DNA of 64,000 nt from Shewanella sp. (GCF_048265805.1 NZ_JBLXAT010000012.1:15412-79411), one strand, 5' to 3'. Positions 1 through 9,564 are shown, numbered from the stretch's first letter. Made by a program: numbers and translations. The notes: generated by a model not told the origin, from the letters alone.

Positions 1-871
1 TGATTGCTGGCTTCAGCCGAGGAAGGTAGGCCAAACAGATATCACTGCTTTGCTGCAATGGTAGATGATACTCAGCAATGGCCCCGTCAATAGATACCAC
101 AATATCAGGCTTGACCTCATGGTGTAGTAATCCTCTTAATGCAGTATCCACCGCAATAATGAGCGGCCGTTCACTATGGCGGCTTATTTCTGCTAATTTG
201 CCGTATTGAAGTTCAAGTGATGGGCCCGCGGCTATAACAATAGCAGTATCATGATCAAATGTTGATTTGAGTGCGCTTACATCGAGATCTTGCTGTATAA
301 AAAGATGGTTATCAGCAAATCGTTGCTGTATCTCTGGGGCGTCGCTTTGGTGCTTACTGTTTGCGTAACTCATATTGAGTTCATACATCAGCAAATCGCG
401 TAAGCGGGCGTTGTCGTCAGATGCGAGCTCTAAATCGGGGGCGATCACCATATAAGGCTTGAATAGCGTCTTTTGTGAGGGCTGCAATTCGAGTGATATG
501 CCTGGGTGATTTAACCACGGTGTGTGGTCAACGTAGCTGAGGACTAACGCAAAAATTGCGGGATTTAGAATGCAGATCCTCAGTTGAGTCAGTCGTCCTT
601 CATCAAGTGCCACAAACGGTACGTCGCCCATGCCAAAGCCGTAGACAGTTGCTGCTTTTGCTTGTTCTGGAAGCGTACTCAGAAACAGCTGCGTTTCAGC
701 CATGCGGTTGTGGCGGCTACTGAGCTGAATGCCATTAACACTGATCGTTTGATTCGAGCCAGTGACCAGTGCGGCGTCCAGTTGCTCAATATCTTGTTGC
801 TGCAAGATAGTCGCTGCCGATGGCCAGCGAGACTGAATAATGGCGAGGTTTGCTTGGAAAATATCTGTCAT
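1..871 (-). CDS. Motility accessory factor (Maf / DUF115, MptE-like) protein; N-terminal ~290 aa, with the C-terminus lying beyond the window edge
   Basis: I translated the minus strand by hand from the ATG at 871..869: MTDIFQANLAIIQSRWPSAATIL...HDTAIVIAAGPSLELQYGKLAEISRHSERPLIIAVDTALRGLLHHEVKPDIVVSIDG. The open frame runs to position 1. The AAGPSL...AVD...L...G..PD..VS.D pattern is typical of Maf/DUF115 proteins encoded beside flagellin genes. It is absent from the ORF track because it is truncated. Confidence 0.7.
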   Translation of the reverse strand, partial: MTDIFQANLAIIQSRWPSAATILQQQDIEQLDAALVTGSNQTISVNGIQLSSRHNRMAETQLFLSTLPEQAKAATVYGFGMGDVPFVALDEGRLTQLRICILNPAIFALVLSYVDHTPWLNHPGISLELQPSQKTLFKPYMVIAPDLELASDDNARLRDLLMYELNMSYANSKHQSDAPEIQQRFADNHLFIQQDLDVSALKSTFDHDTAIVIAAGPSLELQYGKLAEISRHSERPLIIAVDTALRGLLHHEVKPDIVVSIDGAIAEYHLPLQQSSDICLAYLPRLKPAI

Positions 872-1248
872 TCTTTGCGTCAGTCATCTTAAAACTGTTT
901 GTAATATAACATCTTTAGCGCTGATATCACGCTTGTTATGCCATCAAGTTAATACTGCGTTTAGATTGCGAGCGGCAAGTATCATTTCCCCTCAGCCTAT
1001 CGCGTTGGCCGTTGTGGTTGGGGGATACTGAACGCATTTGCGTTGCTAGTCGGTCATCAGCCAACTCTATGTCACTCAACGAGAATTTTATATTGGGCTA
1101 AGTATCACATTATGCCGCGTCACATTTTTGACGTATGCCACTTGAGTTGACTAATAATTGCCCGTATCTTTATACGTTTTTGTAGTTTTATTAAGTGGTC
1201 AGCTGTTGTGTGCTGGCCTCACAAAATAATCTGAAAGAGCGAGCTGTC

Positions 1249-2820
1249 ATGCGTTTGAATCAACCTGTAACTCAAACGGAGAGAGTGCTATCAGATAAGG
1301 ACATCTTGCTAACTACCACCGACTTACACGGCAATCTCAAGTACGCCAACAAGGCGTTTTGTGATGTGAGTGAATTCTCTGAAGCAGAGATTGCTGGTCA
1401 ACCGCACAATATTGTGCGTCATCCTGATATGCCGCCCGTGGCATTCCACATGTTGTGGCAACGCATTAAAGCTGGACAACCATGGATGGGGATCGTCAAA
1501 AACCGCAGTAAAAATGGCGATCATTACTGGGTCAACGCCTATGTCACGCCGGTGATGGAAAACGGCGAGGTACACGAATATCAATCGGTACGCCATAGCG
1601 CCACTCGAGAACAGATTGAAAGCGCCAGCAAAATTTACCAGCAAGTGAATCAAGGCAAGACGCCAGCCACGATGCGTAAGCCATGGTTTGGCTTTGGTCA
1701 GTCTTTGCAAATATTGGGATTGGTGAGTGTTCTGCTGACCATGGCTGCCGCTTTTTATTCCCCTTGGTTGGGCTTAGCCGTTGCCGCCGTATGGTTGATG
1801 GCAAGCCAATGGCTATTAACACCGTTTTATCAGTTAGTGCGGGGCACCCGTGACATTGTCAACGATCCATTGGCCCGTGCCGTCTACACCGGCCGACAAG
1901 ACGAACTAGGCCAACTGCGGTTAACCCTTAATTATCTCTCCGCCGAAACCGGCGGCGTGATCGGCCGCATGGCTGACTCTGGCAGCGCCATTAGCCACCA
2001 GAGTGGTGAACTACTCAGTGCGCTGCGTAGCAACGCCGCTCGCGCCGAAAACCAACGGGCGCAAACTGGACAAGCGGGCGTGGCGATGTCGGAAATGACC
2101 GCTAGCTTCAACGACGTGAATGGCAATTTACAGCGTGCCTTGCTCGAAATGCAGTCAAGCATGCAAGCCACGCAGTTGGGGCATACCAGCTTGCATAACG
2201 TGAAAACTTCCATTGAGGTATTGGATAAACGTATGGCCGAGTTCTCCGATGTGGTAGATCTCTTGCAGCAAGACAGCCAATCGATCAGTGAAGTATTAGA
2301 AGTGATCCGCAACATTGCTGATCAAACCAACTTGCTGGCACTTAACGCCGCCATTGAAGCGGCAAGGGCTGGGGAGGCAGGTCGCGGGTTTGCCGTGGTG
2401 GCTGATGAAGTGCGCAGCCTGTCGAGTCGTACCAGTGAATCTACCGTGCGTATTGAGCAGATTATTGCGCAGTTCCAGCAAACGACCTTGGCCGCCAGTC
2501 AAAAAATGCAGGCTAGCGAAGCAGATGCCAAACGGTCAGTCGCTTTAGCTGATGAAGCCAATCAAGTGTTTGAATCGTTAAAACACTCTACCCAGCGCCT
2601 TGGTGAGATGACTGAAGCGAATGCCGCAGCGGTGCAGCAACAGTTGATCGTTGCGGAAGAGATTAATCAGGCGATTCTTACCGTGAGTGATTTGGCAAAT
2701 GAGAGTTCTGAGCAAACGCAGCTTGCTGAAAAACGTAGTGAGCAGGTGAGTCGTTTGGCGGTAAAAAGTAATGTGCTGTCTGAGCAGTTTTGGGGCCAGA
2801 GCATAGTACGCAAAATCTAA
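1249..2820 (+). CDS. aer: Aerotaxis receptor: Aer-type PAS(FAD) domain fused to a methyl-accepting chemotaxis protein
   Basis: The N-terminus [76 protein letters not shown] closely matches the E. coli Aer PAS core (GQPHNMVRHPDMP...[15 protein letters not shown]). A hydrophobic hairpin and the MCP signalling hairpin [34 protein letters not shown] follow. I chose the start at M19 of the tracked ORF (MRLNQP). Confidence 0.85.
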   Translation: MRLNQPVTQTERVLSDKDILLTTTDLHGNLKYANKAFCDVSEFSEAEIAGQPHNIVRHPDMPPVAFHMLWQRIKAGQPWMGIVKNRSKNGDHYWVNAYVTPVMENGEVHEYQSVRHSATREQIESASKIYQQVNQGKTPATMRKPWFGFGQSLQILGLVSVLLTMAAAFYSPWLGLAVAAVWLMASQWLLTPFYQLVRGTRDIVNDPLARAVYTGRQDELGQLRLTLNYLSAETGGVIGRMADSGSAISHQSGELLSALRSNAARAENQRAQTGQAGVAMSEMTASFNDVNGNLQRALLEMQSSMQATQLGHTSLHNVKTSIEVLDKRMAEFSDVVDLLQQDSQSISEVLEVIRNIADQTNLLALNAAIEAARAGEAGRGFAVVADEVRSLSSRTSESTVRIEQIIAQFQQTTLAASQKMQASEADAKRSVALADEANQVFESLKHSTQRLGEMTEANAAAVQQQLIVAEEINQAILTVSDLANESSEQTQLAEKRSEQVSRLAVKSNVLSEQFWGQSIVRKI

Positions 2821-2839
2821 CGCACTCAACTGGCATTAA

Positions 2840-2866
2840 AAAGCGGCGACAATTTGCCGCTTTTTG
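2840..2866 (+). terminator. Rho-independent terminator after aer
   Basis: aagcggcg-acaattt-gccgcttttt: a GC stem followed by a T-run, starting 20 nt after the stop codon. Confidence 0.7.
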
Positions 2867-3019
2867 CTTCTGTACGTTCATGCTTAATCGTGAATTTTCA
2901 CCTGGTGGTGGCAGCACACAAACTGCGGTCAAAATGTTTAATGGCACTGCCAACATAGCCCTTATTGACAGAACTCCAAGTAAGAGCGGTTGGTGCCAAG
3001 TGACCGCGATAGCTTCCAT

Positions 3020-3205
3020 TTATGGTCGCGGGTGACAGCTCACGTTCCATTGCATACCCCAAAGCTCACACTGCATTCGGTAATCCAGCCATTTGATGCG
3101 ACCAAGCACTTCATTGCCGTAGCGCTTGGTTTTTCATGACTTGCTAGCGTAGAGCGGCACCGAGGGGGCTTAGAGAGATAACGGACTGAAACGCTGTCAG
3201 TTATA
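3020..3205 (-). pseudogene. Possible decayed N-terminus of a P4-family (DUF4102) tyrosine integrase next to the tRNA 3' end
   Basis: Reading the minus strand away from the tRNA 3' end gives short fragments in three different frames. In order they are LTAFQ, SKPP, GNEVLGRIKWLDYRM and ALGYAMERELSPA. These are collinear, with roughly the right spacing, with the integrase N-terminal pattern LTxxxI..KP...G.K.W..RYR..GK...LG.YP..SL..AR. No intact ORF exists. This is weak by-eye evidence only. Confidence 0.3.
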
Positions 3206-3213
3206 TGGTTGGC

Positions 3214-3289
<76 letters not shown>

Positions 3290-3343
3290 ACGCAACGATT
3301 ATACTGTTTTTAGCATCCAATAAAAGTTTAATTGTCTAAGTGG

Positions 3344-4486
3344 TTAATTCTTAAGCGCAATATCGTTGATCTGGATATTAGCACCGTCATCTTTGGCACT
3401 GAGTACGGCGGTAGAGGTGTCGTCGGTGATCTGGTCAATCGTTACTTGCACTTCGGTTGCTTTGGCGACAGTACGGGTTTGACCAACACGATCGGGGAAG
3501 TTGTGTTGTAGCACCACTTTGAATTTGTCGCCGGTGCGTACGCCGCTTTTACGGCCGAGGTTGAGGATCACCCGTTGGCCTTGTTTGGCGATCACTTGTG
3601 CCATGGTAGGGCGGCAACCTAGCGCATCATCCATATCGAGTATGGCGCGCTTGATAACATCGACAATGGCGTTGCCATAAGTTGATTGCCAAAACTCATC
3701 GCTGTCAGGTTGTACGCTGGCGGAGGCGTCAAAGTCCCACTCGCTGTTAAATTGATAATCTTGCTGCCAGATAGTTTCGCCGCTGATGCTGTGAACCAAT
3801 GACATCTTTAAGCGAAAGTCGCGCTTTTGTTTGTCCCACATGGCGCTAAAACCCGATGGCGCTTTGGACATGGCCATGTCTTCCACTTCTGGCAATAACA
3901 AATACAGTGTGTTGGTTCGTTGGTTGAGCCAACTGGCGCTGTCGCCGCGATGCTCATTATTAAAAATCTGGCTTGGTACGCTATTGGTTAGATCCAGCTT
4001 GGGATAAACCTTGTTGGAGTTGTTGTGGATCACGTCCGCTATTTTGCGTGATAAGGCTTGTGGGAACGCTTCCATCTGGCCGTAGCGCAGCTGTTTGCGG
4101 TCAAGCACCATGGCGCGGGGTAAGTAGAGTGGCGCTTTTAGGGCGTTGGCTAAACAGCTGTCTGCTGGGTTATTGGCGAGGTCGACGCGGATTGTCACTT
4201 CCAGGCGGTTGCCCCGCTGTTGTTCGCGCACCACTTCTAATTGATTGTAGTTAGCGTTATTACTGAGGGCGGAGGTTTGGTCTAACACGCCGTTGGTGAC
4301 GGTTTGTTGGGCGCTGATGCTGCCACCGTTGGTGACGACAGCCATGCCTAGTGCGTGCTTAATTGCTTGTTGCCGTGCGGCAGTAATGTTGCCATCAACA
4401 ATGGAGGCGTCTCCCGTGACGGTAACCCACGCGGCGTGTGCGGAGGGGATAGTCAGCAACATCAGCAAAGTGATTAAGCGCAACAT
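3344..4486 (-). CDS. flgT: Flagellar H-ring assembly protein FlgT
   Basis: 380 aa with a signal peptide (MLRLITLLMLLTIPSAHA). It is divergent from flgOP and upstream of flgNM/flgA, which is the Vibrio flgT position, and its size matches Vibrio FlgT (~377 aa). Confidence 0.75.
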   Translation of the reverse strand: MLRLITLLMLLTIPSAHAAWVTVTGDASIVDGNITAARQQAIKHALGMAVVTNGGSISAQQTVTNGVLDQTSALSNNANYNQLEVVREQQRGNRLEVTIRVDLANNPADSCLANALKAPLYLPRAMVLDRKQLRYGQMEAFPQALSRKIADVIHNNSNKVYPKLDLTNSVPSQIFNNEHRGDSASWLNQRTNTLYLLLPEVEDMAMSKAPSGFSAMWDKQKRDFRLKMSLVHSISGETIWQQDYQFNSEWDFDASASVQPDSDEFWQSTYGNAIVDVIKRAILDMDDALGCRPTMAQVIAKQGQRVILNLGRKSGVRTGDKFKVVLQHNFPDRVGQTRTVAKATEVQVTIDQITDDTSTAVLSAKDDGANIQINDIALKN

Positions 4487-4557
4487 AGGGTGAAGTTCCT
4501 GCAGTTAGTCGTGAGAGAGCCAATTTTTAGGCGGATTTAACGCCGCTTGCCAAAATA

Positions 4558-4573
4558 TTCAAGTTCTATGCCA
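4558..4573 (-). promoter_or_regulatory. Weak sigma-54-like motif facing flgT
   Basis: The minus strand reads TGGCAT-AGAAC-TTGAA. The -24 element is good, but the -12 reads GA rather than the conserved GC. Confidence 0.25.
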
Positions 4574-4578
4574 TTAGT

Positions 4579-4594
4579 CGGCACAACTGTTGCT
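4579..4594 (+). promoter_or_regulatory. Sigma-54 (-24/-12) promoter for flgOP
   Basis: CGGCAC-AACTG-TTGCT compared with the consensus TGGCAC-N5-TTGCW. Confidence 0.6.
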
Positions 4595-4620
4595 TAATAA
4601 CCGCCAAAGGTTATTGGGCG

Positions 4621-4647
4621 TCAAGTTTTCACCTTGGCTGCCGATAG
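4621..4647 (+). promoter_or_regulatory. Sigma-28 (FliA) promoter for flgOP
   Basis: TCAAGTTT-N11-GCCGATAG compared with the consensus TAAAGTTT-N11-GCCGATAA, about 70 nt upstream of the flgO ATG. Confidence 0.6.
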
Positions 4648-4715
4648 CTAATGATAACTCTCAGCTTAGTCGTTCACTTGAGCGGAAGCTTGGTGCCACA
4701 TGGAGCAAAAAGGTT

Positions 4716-5312
4716 ATGTACAAAAAATGGTTTTGTTTGATGGCGCTGTTGTGTTGTAGCTGCCAATCAAAGGCAGTGGTGCCTGAACCTCCGCCAGCAA
4801 AGGCAAAACTTTTCTTGGTAGCTCAGCAGCTTACTGCTGATTTAACCCGCTTTAGTGTGGCGTTTGAACAGGAACCTCTGATTCTGGTAACTACGCCGGT
4901 AGATGCTGAAAAGTTTGCTATGACTAACCCGTTAGCGGTGCAGTTGCAGCAAGATTTAATGACATCACTGCAGCAGTTGGGTTACCACGTGACCGATATG
5001 AACGTGAGCGATTCCGTGCGGGCGGCAGAAAACGGCACCTTTATTTTGACGCGCGACTGGCAAAAGATTGCCGCTGATGTGTCAGTGAGCCACGTGCTGG
5101 TATCAAGTATGGACTTAACCAAAACTGGCGTTGAGATAAATACGCGAGTGATTGATTTAAGCGATCACCGCGTTGCGGCGGCCGCGAACATTTTTGTTCC
5201 AGCGGTTGATCTGCCCGGTTACCTTACTGAAGCGAGTAAGAGCGTATCGCGCAATGGTTTGTTATATCGGCAATCTGAGCCCGGTAACGTGCAGTATATT
5301 GGAGCAGAGTGA
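4716..5312 (+). CDS. flgO: Flagellar H-ring / outer-membrane protein FlgO
   Basis: Start chosen at MYKKWFCLMALLCCSCQ (a signal/lipobox-like sequence, downstream of both predicted promoters). It sits immediately upstream of flgP and overlaps it, as in Vibrio flgOP. Confidence 0.7.
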   Translation: MYKKWFCLMALLCCSCQSKAVVPEPPPAKAKLFLVAQQLTADLTRFSVAFEQEPLILVTTPVDAEKFAMTNPLAVQLQQDLMTSLQQLGYHVTDMNVSDSVRAAENGTFILTRDWQKIAADVSVSHVLVSSMDLTKTGVEINTRVIDLSDHRVAAAANIFVPAVDLPGYLTEASKSVSRNGLLYRQSEPGNVQYIGAE

Positions 5313-5761
5313 TGAACAGAATTCTGATGGTGTTATTGGCGTTGGTGCTAGCTGGCTGCGCAAGTAAAGATAAATTTGTGCAGTATGAAACGGTGGCGCC
5401 GGAGCAGTTTCCTACATTAACTGCTACAGGTTACGCGCCGCTGGCGTCGCAACCGGGTAAAACCCAAGCAGATCGGGTGCTGATGGCAATGCAGGCATCT
5501 AAAATTGCCGCTTATCGTGAGTTGGCTGAGCAAGTGTATGGGCAGCAACTGCAGGGGGCAAGTAGCGTCAGTGAATGGGCAATGCAGTCTGACACGATTA
5601 AGGCGTCGGTATCGGGGGTGATCCGCGGTGCCAAAGTAGTGGCGAGTTATCCCTCTGGTGATCATTACGTGACTGAATTGTCACTCGACTTTGCTACTGT
5701 TTGGCAGTTATACCAGCAGCAGAACCGGCCACAACGGGTCAGGGAAGTGACTTACTTCTAG
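5309..5761 (+). CDS. flgP: Flagellar lipoprotein FlgP (LPP20 family)
   Basis: Has the lipobox MMNRILMVLLALVLAGC. It is 150 aa, and its start overlaps the flgO stop as ATGA. Confidence 0.75.
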   Translation: MMNRILMVLLALVLAGCASKDKFVQYETVAPEQFPTLTATGYAPLASQPGKTQADRVLMAMQASKIAAYRELAEQVYGQQLQGASSVSEWAMQSDTIKASVSGVIRGAKVVASYPSGDHYVTELSLDFATVWQLYQQQNRPQRVREVTYF

Positions 5762-5805
5762 TGGCCAAATCGGCTTTGCTTCCTGCGTTAACAAACAGCT
5801 AAACG

Positions 5806-5835
5806 CAAAAACGCCACATCAATGTGGCGTTTTTC
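5806..5835. terminator. Bidirectional intrinsic terminator between the convergent flgP and flgN genes
   Basis: aaaaa-acgccacat-ca-atgtggcgt-tttt: a perfect 9-bp stem flanked by an A-run on one side and a T-run on the other. Confidence 0.8.
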
Positions 5836-5959
5836 ATGGGCGCTTATTGCGGTGAGTCAGAGTAGGGGGCTTATCTTTGCTGGCTGTTTTTACAGCAGGT
5901 GGAGCGTGATTTAGGCAAGGCAGGTGATGTGCCGTGTAGTTATTCTCCACCAACAGCCC

Positions 5960-6388
5960 CTAGGCTTTTAAGTCATTCCCTAGGGTGGGAATGGTCGATG
6001 TTTTGCCTTTGCCATCATAGGTCAGGCTGCTGGAGTTGCGGCTCATTTGCAGTGCTTGGGCTAAGCGATTGATGCTGGCATTGCACAGTTCAATCAGTTT
6101 GCCGTTTTCCTGATTTTTAGTTTGGCATTCGTTCATCAAGCTTTTGGCATCGGCTACCAAGGTCGCCAGTGGTTCACGGCTAAAGTCATCTTTATTGGGA
6201 TGCTTGGCTAGCTGGGTGTCCACTTCTTTGATGGCGTCTAACATGGTGTTTTTGTCGGCGGCGAGCGACATAAGCTTATCGGCATCGCGGCTGATTAACG
6301 CGTGCTTTTCTTGGTCGATCAAAAACAGCAGGCGCTCAAGATTGAGCGTCTGCTTGTTCAAATGTTGTTCCAAGTCTGACAGCTGCAT
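5960..6388 (-). CDS. flgN: Flagellar export chaperone FlgN
   Basis: A 142-aa helical protein directly downstream of flgM, with a TAATG stop/start overlap. The N-terminus LEQHLNKQTLNLERLLFLIDQEKHALISRDADKL is FlgN-like. Confidence 0.8.
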   Translation of the reverse strand: MQLSDLEQHLNKQTLNLERLLFLIDQEKHALISRDADKLMSLAADKNTMLDAIKEVDTQLAKHPNKDDFSREPLATLVADAKSLMNECQTKNQENGKLIELCNASINRLAQALQMSRNSSSLTYDGKGKTSTIPTLGNDLKA

Positions 6389-6702
6389 TAAGCCTCCAGA
6401 TCAAGATCACTCATATCCGCTTCAAATTGCGCGATATTGCCCGCCAGTTTTTCTGGGTCAACCTTGTAGCGTCCCTCAGCAATAGCTGCTTTGATTTCGG
6501 CTACTTTTTGTTGGTCGACATCTGGCAGAGATGAAATCTTACTTTGAAGACCTTGAAGTTGCTGCGCCTGACTTGAGACAACAACTGAATCTTGTTGATT
6601 ACCAGCAACCGATGTTTGCGCTTTATCAGCTTGCGCTTGGTTGGTTTTTGGCGAGTTGACCGTGGTCACTCTAGCTTGGTTTTGCAGTTGTTTTATGTCC
6701 AT
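6388..6702 (-). CDS. flgM: Anti-sigma-28 factor FlgM
   Basis: 104 aa. The C-terminus VAEIKAAIAEGRYKVDPEKLAGNI is the conserved FlgM sigma-28-binding region. Confidence 0.9.
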   Translation of the reverse strand: MDIKQLQNQARVTTVNSPKTNQAQADKAQTSVAGNQQDSVVVSSQAQQLQGLQSKISSLPDVDQQKVAEIKAAIAEGRYKVDPEKLAGNIAQFEADMSDLDLEA

Positions 6703-6744
6703 AGCCTTCTGGGCTCCAGGGTTAAATCTAAGTTCTCAGGCTCT

Positions 6745-6771
6745 GTATCGGCAGATTAGTTTAATGCTTGA
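6745..6771 (-). promoter_or_regulatory. Sigma-28 promoter for flgMN
   Basis: The minus strand reads TCAAGCAT-N11-GCCGATAC, about 45 nt upstream of the flgM ATG. Confidence 0.5.
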
Positions 6772-6778
6772 GCGATTT

Positions 6779-7486
6779 TTACATGTTTACGCGAACTTCG
6801 CCAACTTTAGTCACTAAAGCGTCGATAATCTTGTTTGATCTGGCATTTTTTACTCGAATTTGCTCGCCGATGTTGCCATCTGCTTCGGCAATGCCAACCG
6901 TTTTTATCTGAAAATTTTCTGAGGTGGCCACAATTGAGACTTGGTCACCTTTGCAAACAAAACAAACATTGGCCGAAAAAATCGGGTAGTCCTTGGTGAC
7001 GCGCCGTTTTAATTTGGCACCAATTAATGGCTCCATATCATCAAACTGCTGGCCGTTCAGCGAGAACTGATCGATATAGCGTGTTGCGAGATTGCTGCGC
7101 ATTAAGGTAGTGCCTTGTGCGAGCGTTTCATTAGGCACGATCACCGGAAAACTGATATTCACCCGCACAGACATATAAATCTGCCACGGGTAAGACTGAC
7201 CAGCGACGTCACAGCCGACTTTAACTGTGTTGTTGCGGCTAATTTCGCGGTCGGTGGCCATTTCTACTGTGAGTTCACTGGCGCAATCAGGCAGCAGTAA
7301 CCTGCTGTCTAACGACTGCGGCTCGATTTCTACGTGCGCCACTGGCGGCACTTCGATTTTTTTTGACACCGTTTCTTTAGCTAACTTTTCGATTGCCGAT
7401 ATACTTGGTATTGCGGCCTGCGCTGAGGCTATCGAATTGGCTGTCAGCAAGATAGAAAAACAAAAGTGTGCTAAATTTACTTTCAT
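6779..7486 (-). CDS. flgA: Flagellar P-ring assembly chaperone FlgA
   Basis: Start chosen at MKVNLAHFCFSILLTANSIASAQA (a signal peptide), which is M115 of the 349-aa tracked ORF. The C-terminal SAF-like region KGDQVSIVATSENFQIKTVGIAEADGNIGEQIRVKN is typical of FlgA. Confidence 0.85.
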   Translation of the reverse strand: MKVNLAHFCFSILLTANSIASAQAAIPSISAIEKLAKETVSKKIEVPPVAHVEIEPQSLDSRLLLPDCASELTVEMATDREISRNNTVKVGCDVAGQSYPWQIYMSVRVNISFPVIVPNETLAQGTTLMRSNLATRYIDQFSLNGQQFDDMEPLIGAKLKRRVTKDYPIFSANVCFVCKGDQVSIVATSENFQIKTVGIAEADGNIGEQIRVKNARSNKIIDALVTKVGEVRVNM

Positions 7487-7608
7487 AATGAATAGGCTAG
7501 GTAGATTTACAGTTTTACACTTATACTTCAGGGCATTCCGTAGCTGCTGATACATCATCAACGCCAAGGCGACAGAACTTTGACTAAAGTGTTGGCTTAT
7601 CAGTGTAA

Positions 7609-7624
7609 AGCAATATATATGCCT
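7609..7624 (-). promoter_or_regulatory. Sigma-54 promoter for flgA
   Basis: The minus strand reads AGGCAT-ATATA-TTGCT, about 110 nt upstream of the flgA ATG. Confidence 0.45.
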
Positions 7625-7676
7625 TTCTGAGTTTTCAGATAAGGTTTGGATGGTACAACCAATACAAGGCAGACAT

Positions 7677-8600
7677 ATGTCAGGCATTCTTGATTCAGTC
7701 AACAAACGTACCCAGCTTGTAGGGCAGAACCGCCTTGAGCTGTTACTCTTTAAATTGAATGGCCGACAACGGTTTGGCATTAACGTATTTAAAGTAAAAG
7801 AAGTGCTGCAGTGCCCACCGTTGACCATGTTGCCTAAGCTGAATCCTTATATTCGTGGTGTGGCTCATATTCGCGGTGCGACCATCTCCGTGATTGATCT
7901 CAGTGCGGCCACCGGTGGCCGTCCTATCGAGAACGTGAAAGACAGCTTTATTATCATTGCGGAGTATAACCGTAGCGTGCAGGGCTTCTTGGTGAAGTCG
8001 GTTGAGCGCATCATCAATATGAATTGGTCTGATATTATGCCGCCACCACAAGGGGCTGGTCGGTCATCTTATTTAACGGCGGTGACTGAAATTGACGGTG
8101 AGCTGGTAGAAATTATCGACGTGGAAAAAATTCTCGATGAAATTTCACCGATGAAAACCGAGATCAGTAAAGAAGTGGATGAGGCGTTAACCATCGACCG
8201 CGAACAAAACTTCCATATTATGGTGGTGGATGATTCTGCTGTCGCGCGTAAACAGATTATTCGTGCGTTGGAATCTTTGAACTTACAGATTGATACCGCC
8301 AAAGACGGCCGCGATGCATTGAATAAGTTAGAGAAAATCTCCACTGAAATGGAAAACGTGGCGACGGAAATCCCGCTGATTATCTCTGATATTGAAATGC
8401 CGGAAATGGATGGCTATACCTTAACTGCAGAAATTCGGGACAATCCTAAGTTGAAGCATATTAAGATTGTATTGCATACATCTTTGAGTGGGGTGTTTAA
8501 CCAAGCAATGGTGCAAAAAGTTGGCGCCAATGACTTTATTGCCAAATTTAACCCGGACGAATTAGCGGCTGCGGTTAACAAACACCTAAGTTTGAAATGA
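7677..8600 (+). CDS. cheV: CheV (CheW-like domain fused to a receiver domain)
   Basis: MSGILDSVNKRTQLVGQNRLELLLFKL... is a CheW-like N-terminus. The C-terminal REC domain contains HIMVVDDS...ISDIEMPEMDG...AKF. I chose the start at M10 of the tracked ORF, which has an AAGG ribosome-binding site. Confidence 0.9.
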   Translation: MSGILDSVNKRTQLVGQNRLELLLFKLNGRQRFGINVFKVKEVLQCPPLTMLPKLNPYIRGVAHIRGATISVIDLSAATGGRPIENVKDSFIIIAEYNRSVQGFLVKSVERIINMNWSDIMPPPQGAGRSSYLTAVTEIDGELVEIIDVEKILDEISPMKTEISKEVDEALTIDREQNFHIMVVDDSAVARKQIIRALESLNLQIDTAKDGRDALNKLEKISTEMENVATEIPLIISDIEMPEMDGYTLTAEIRDNPKLKHIKIVLHTSLSGVFNQAMVQKVGANDFIAKFNPDELAAAVNKHLSLK

Positions 8601-8730
8601 TTGTCTAACATTGTGCATTGATATTTCAGGGGAAGCTTGTCTTGCGGATGAAGCTAGGGTATAACCCAGCGCGATAATCTGTAGGACAATGCCTCATCAG
8701 TTGCATGTTCATTAACGACGGGAAGCCAGG

Positions 8731-9564
8731 GTGACAGATAAGTCTCTAGCAGAAACCGAATATAACCAATTTAGACTGTTCCTCGAGCAGCACAGCGGTA
8801 TTGTGCTTGGTGAAAACAAGCAATACCTTGTCAGAAGTCGGCTCGCGCCATTGATGGGTAAATATGGTTTACCGTCATTATCGGACGTAGTTAAACAGTC
8901 GATGCGGCCAACTGAGCGTCAGTTACGTGCAGAAGTGATTGATGCCATGACGACCAACGAAACCTTGTGGTTCCGTGACCGTTACCCCTTTGAGCTGATG
9001 GCTAATCAGCTATTACCACAATTTGCCAAGCTGGGCCGCCCGTTGAAGATTTGGTCCGCTGCCTGTTCATCAGGCCAAGAACCGTATTCACTGGCAATGA
9101 CCGCGTTGGAATATCAACAGCGTAAACCCGGTGGCTTGCCGGGCGGGGTGTCGATTCAAGCGACTGACTTGTCACCATCAATGTTGGAGCGTTGTAAAAA
9201 CGCTGAGTATGACGGCTTAGCATTGGCGCGTGGTTTATCTGAAGAACGTAAGCGTCAGTTTTTTGATGCACTGCCGAATGGCAATATGCGTTTGAAGGAG
9301 AATGTACGTCGCTTAGTGAACTTCCGTGCGCACAACTTGCTGGAAAGCTATACCTTGCTGGGTAAGTTCGACATCATATTTTGCCGTAACGTACTTATCT
9401 ATTTTGCCCCTGAGGCGAAGGCAAAAATCCTGCGGCAATTTGCTGCCGCTTTGAACCCGAAGGGCATCCTCTTTTTAGGGGCTTCAGAGTCAATTGCCGG
9501 GTTAACAGATGAGTTTGATATGATCCGTTGTAACCCAGGGATCTATTATCAGAAAAAGACTTAA
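8731..9564 (+). CDS. cheR: Chemotaxis protein methyltransferase CheR
   Basis: Motifs TNETLWFRD, the SAM-binding IWSAACSSGQEPYS, and DIIFCRNVLIYF. GTG start. Confidence 0.9.
   Translation: MTDKSLAETEYNQFRLFLEQHSGIVLGENKQYLVRSRLAPLMGKYGLPSLSDVVKQSMRPTERQLRAEVIDAMTTNETLWFRDRYPFELMANQLLPQFAKLGRPLKIWSAACSSGQEPYSLAMTALEYQQRKPGGLPGGVSIQATDLSPSMLERCKNAEYDGLALARGLSEERKRQFFDALPNGNMRLKENVRRLVNFRAHNLLESYTLLGKFDIIFCRNVLIYFAPEAKAKILRQFAAALNPKGILFLGASESIAGLTDEFDMIRCNPGIYYQKKT

Noticed and set aside
584-1031. Plus-strand ORFs at 584-892 and 840-1031.
   Set aside because: The first is antisense to the clearly coding Maf gene. The second lies in the maf-aer intergenic region, has an odd composition and has no ribosome-binding site.
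1031-1044. A perfect 14-bp palindrome, AACGCATTTGCGTT, in the maf-aer intergenic region, and a possible sigma-70 promoter (TTGACT-N17-TTATAC) at 1147-1175.
   Set aside because: Both are plausible but unsupported by any second line of evidence. Palindromes and -35/-10-like hexamers of this quality are frequent in AT-rich spacers, so I did not promote them to features.
6779-7828. N-terminal extensions suggested by the longest-ORF track. Examples are the 349-aa FlgA form and the upstream-extended forms of aer, flgO, cheV, flgB, flgI, flrC, fliI, flhA, flhG, fliA, cheY, cheZ, parP and cheW.
   Set aside because: Internal starts give canonical family N-termini (signal peptides, MAISFD, MSGILD, MSDTKLLLVEDD and so on). 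They also have better ribosome-binding sites, and for flgO and flhA they lie downstream of the predicted promoters. The extended FlgA form would also run across the cheV promoter region.
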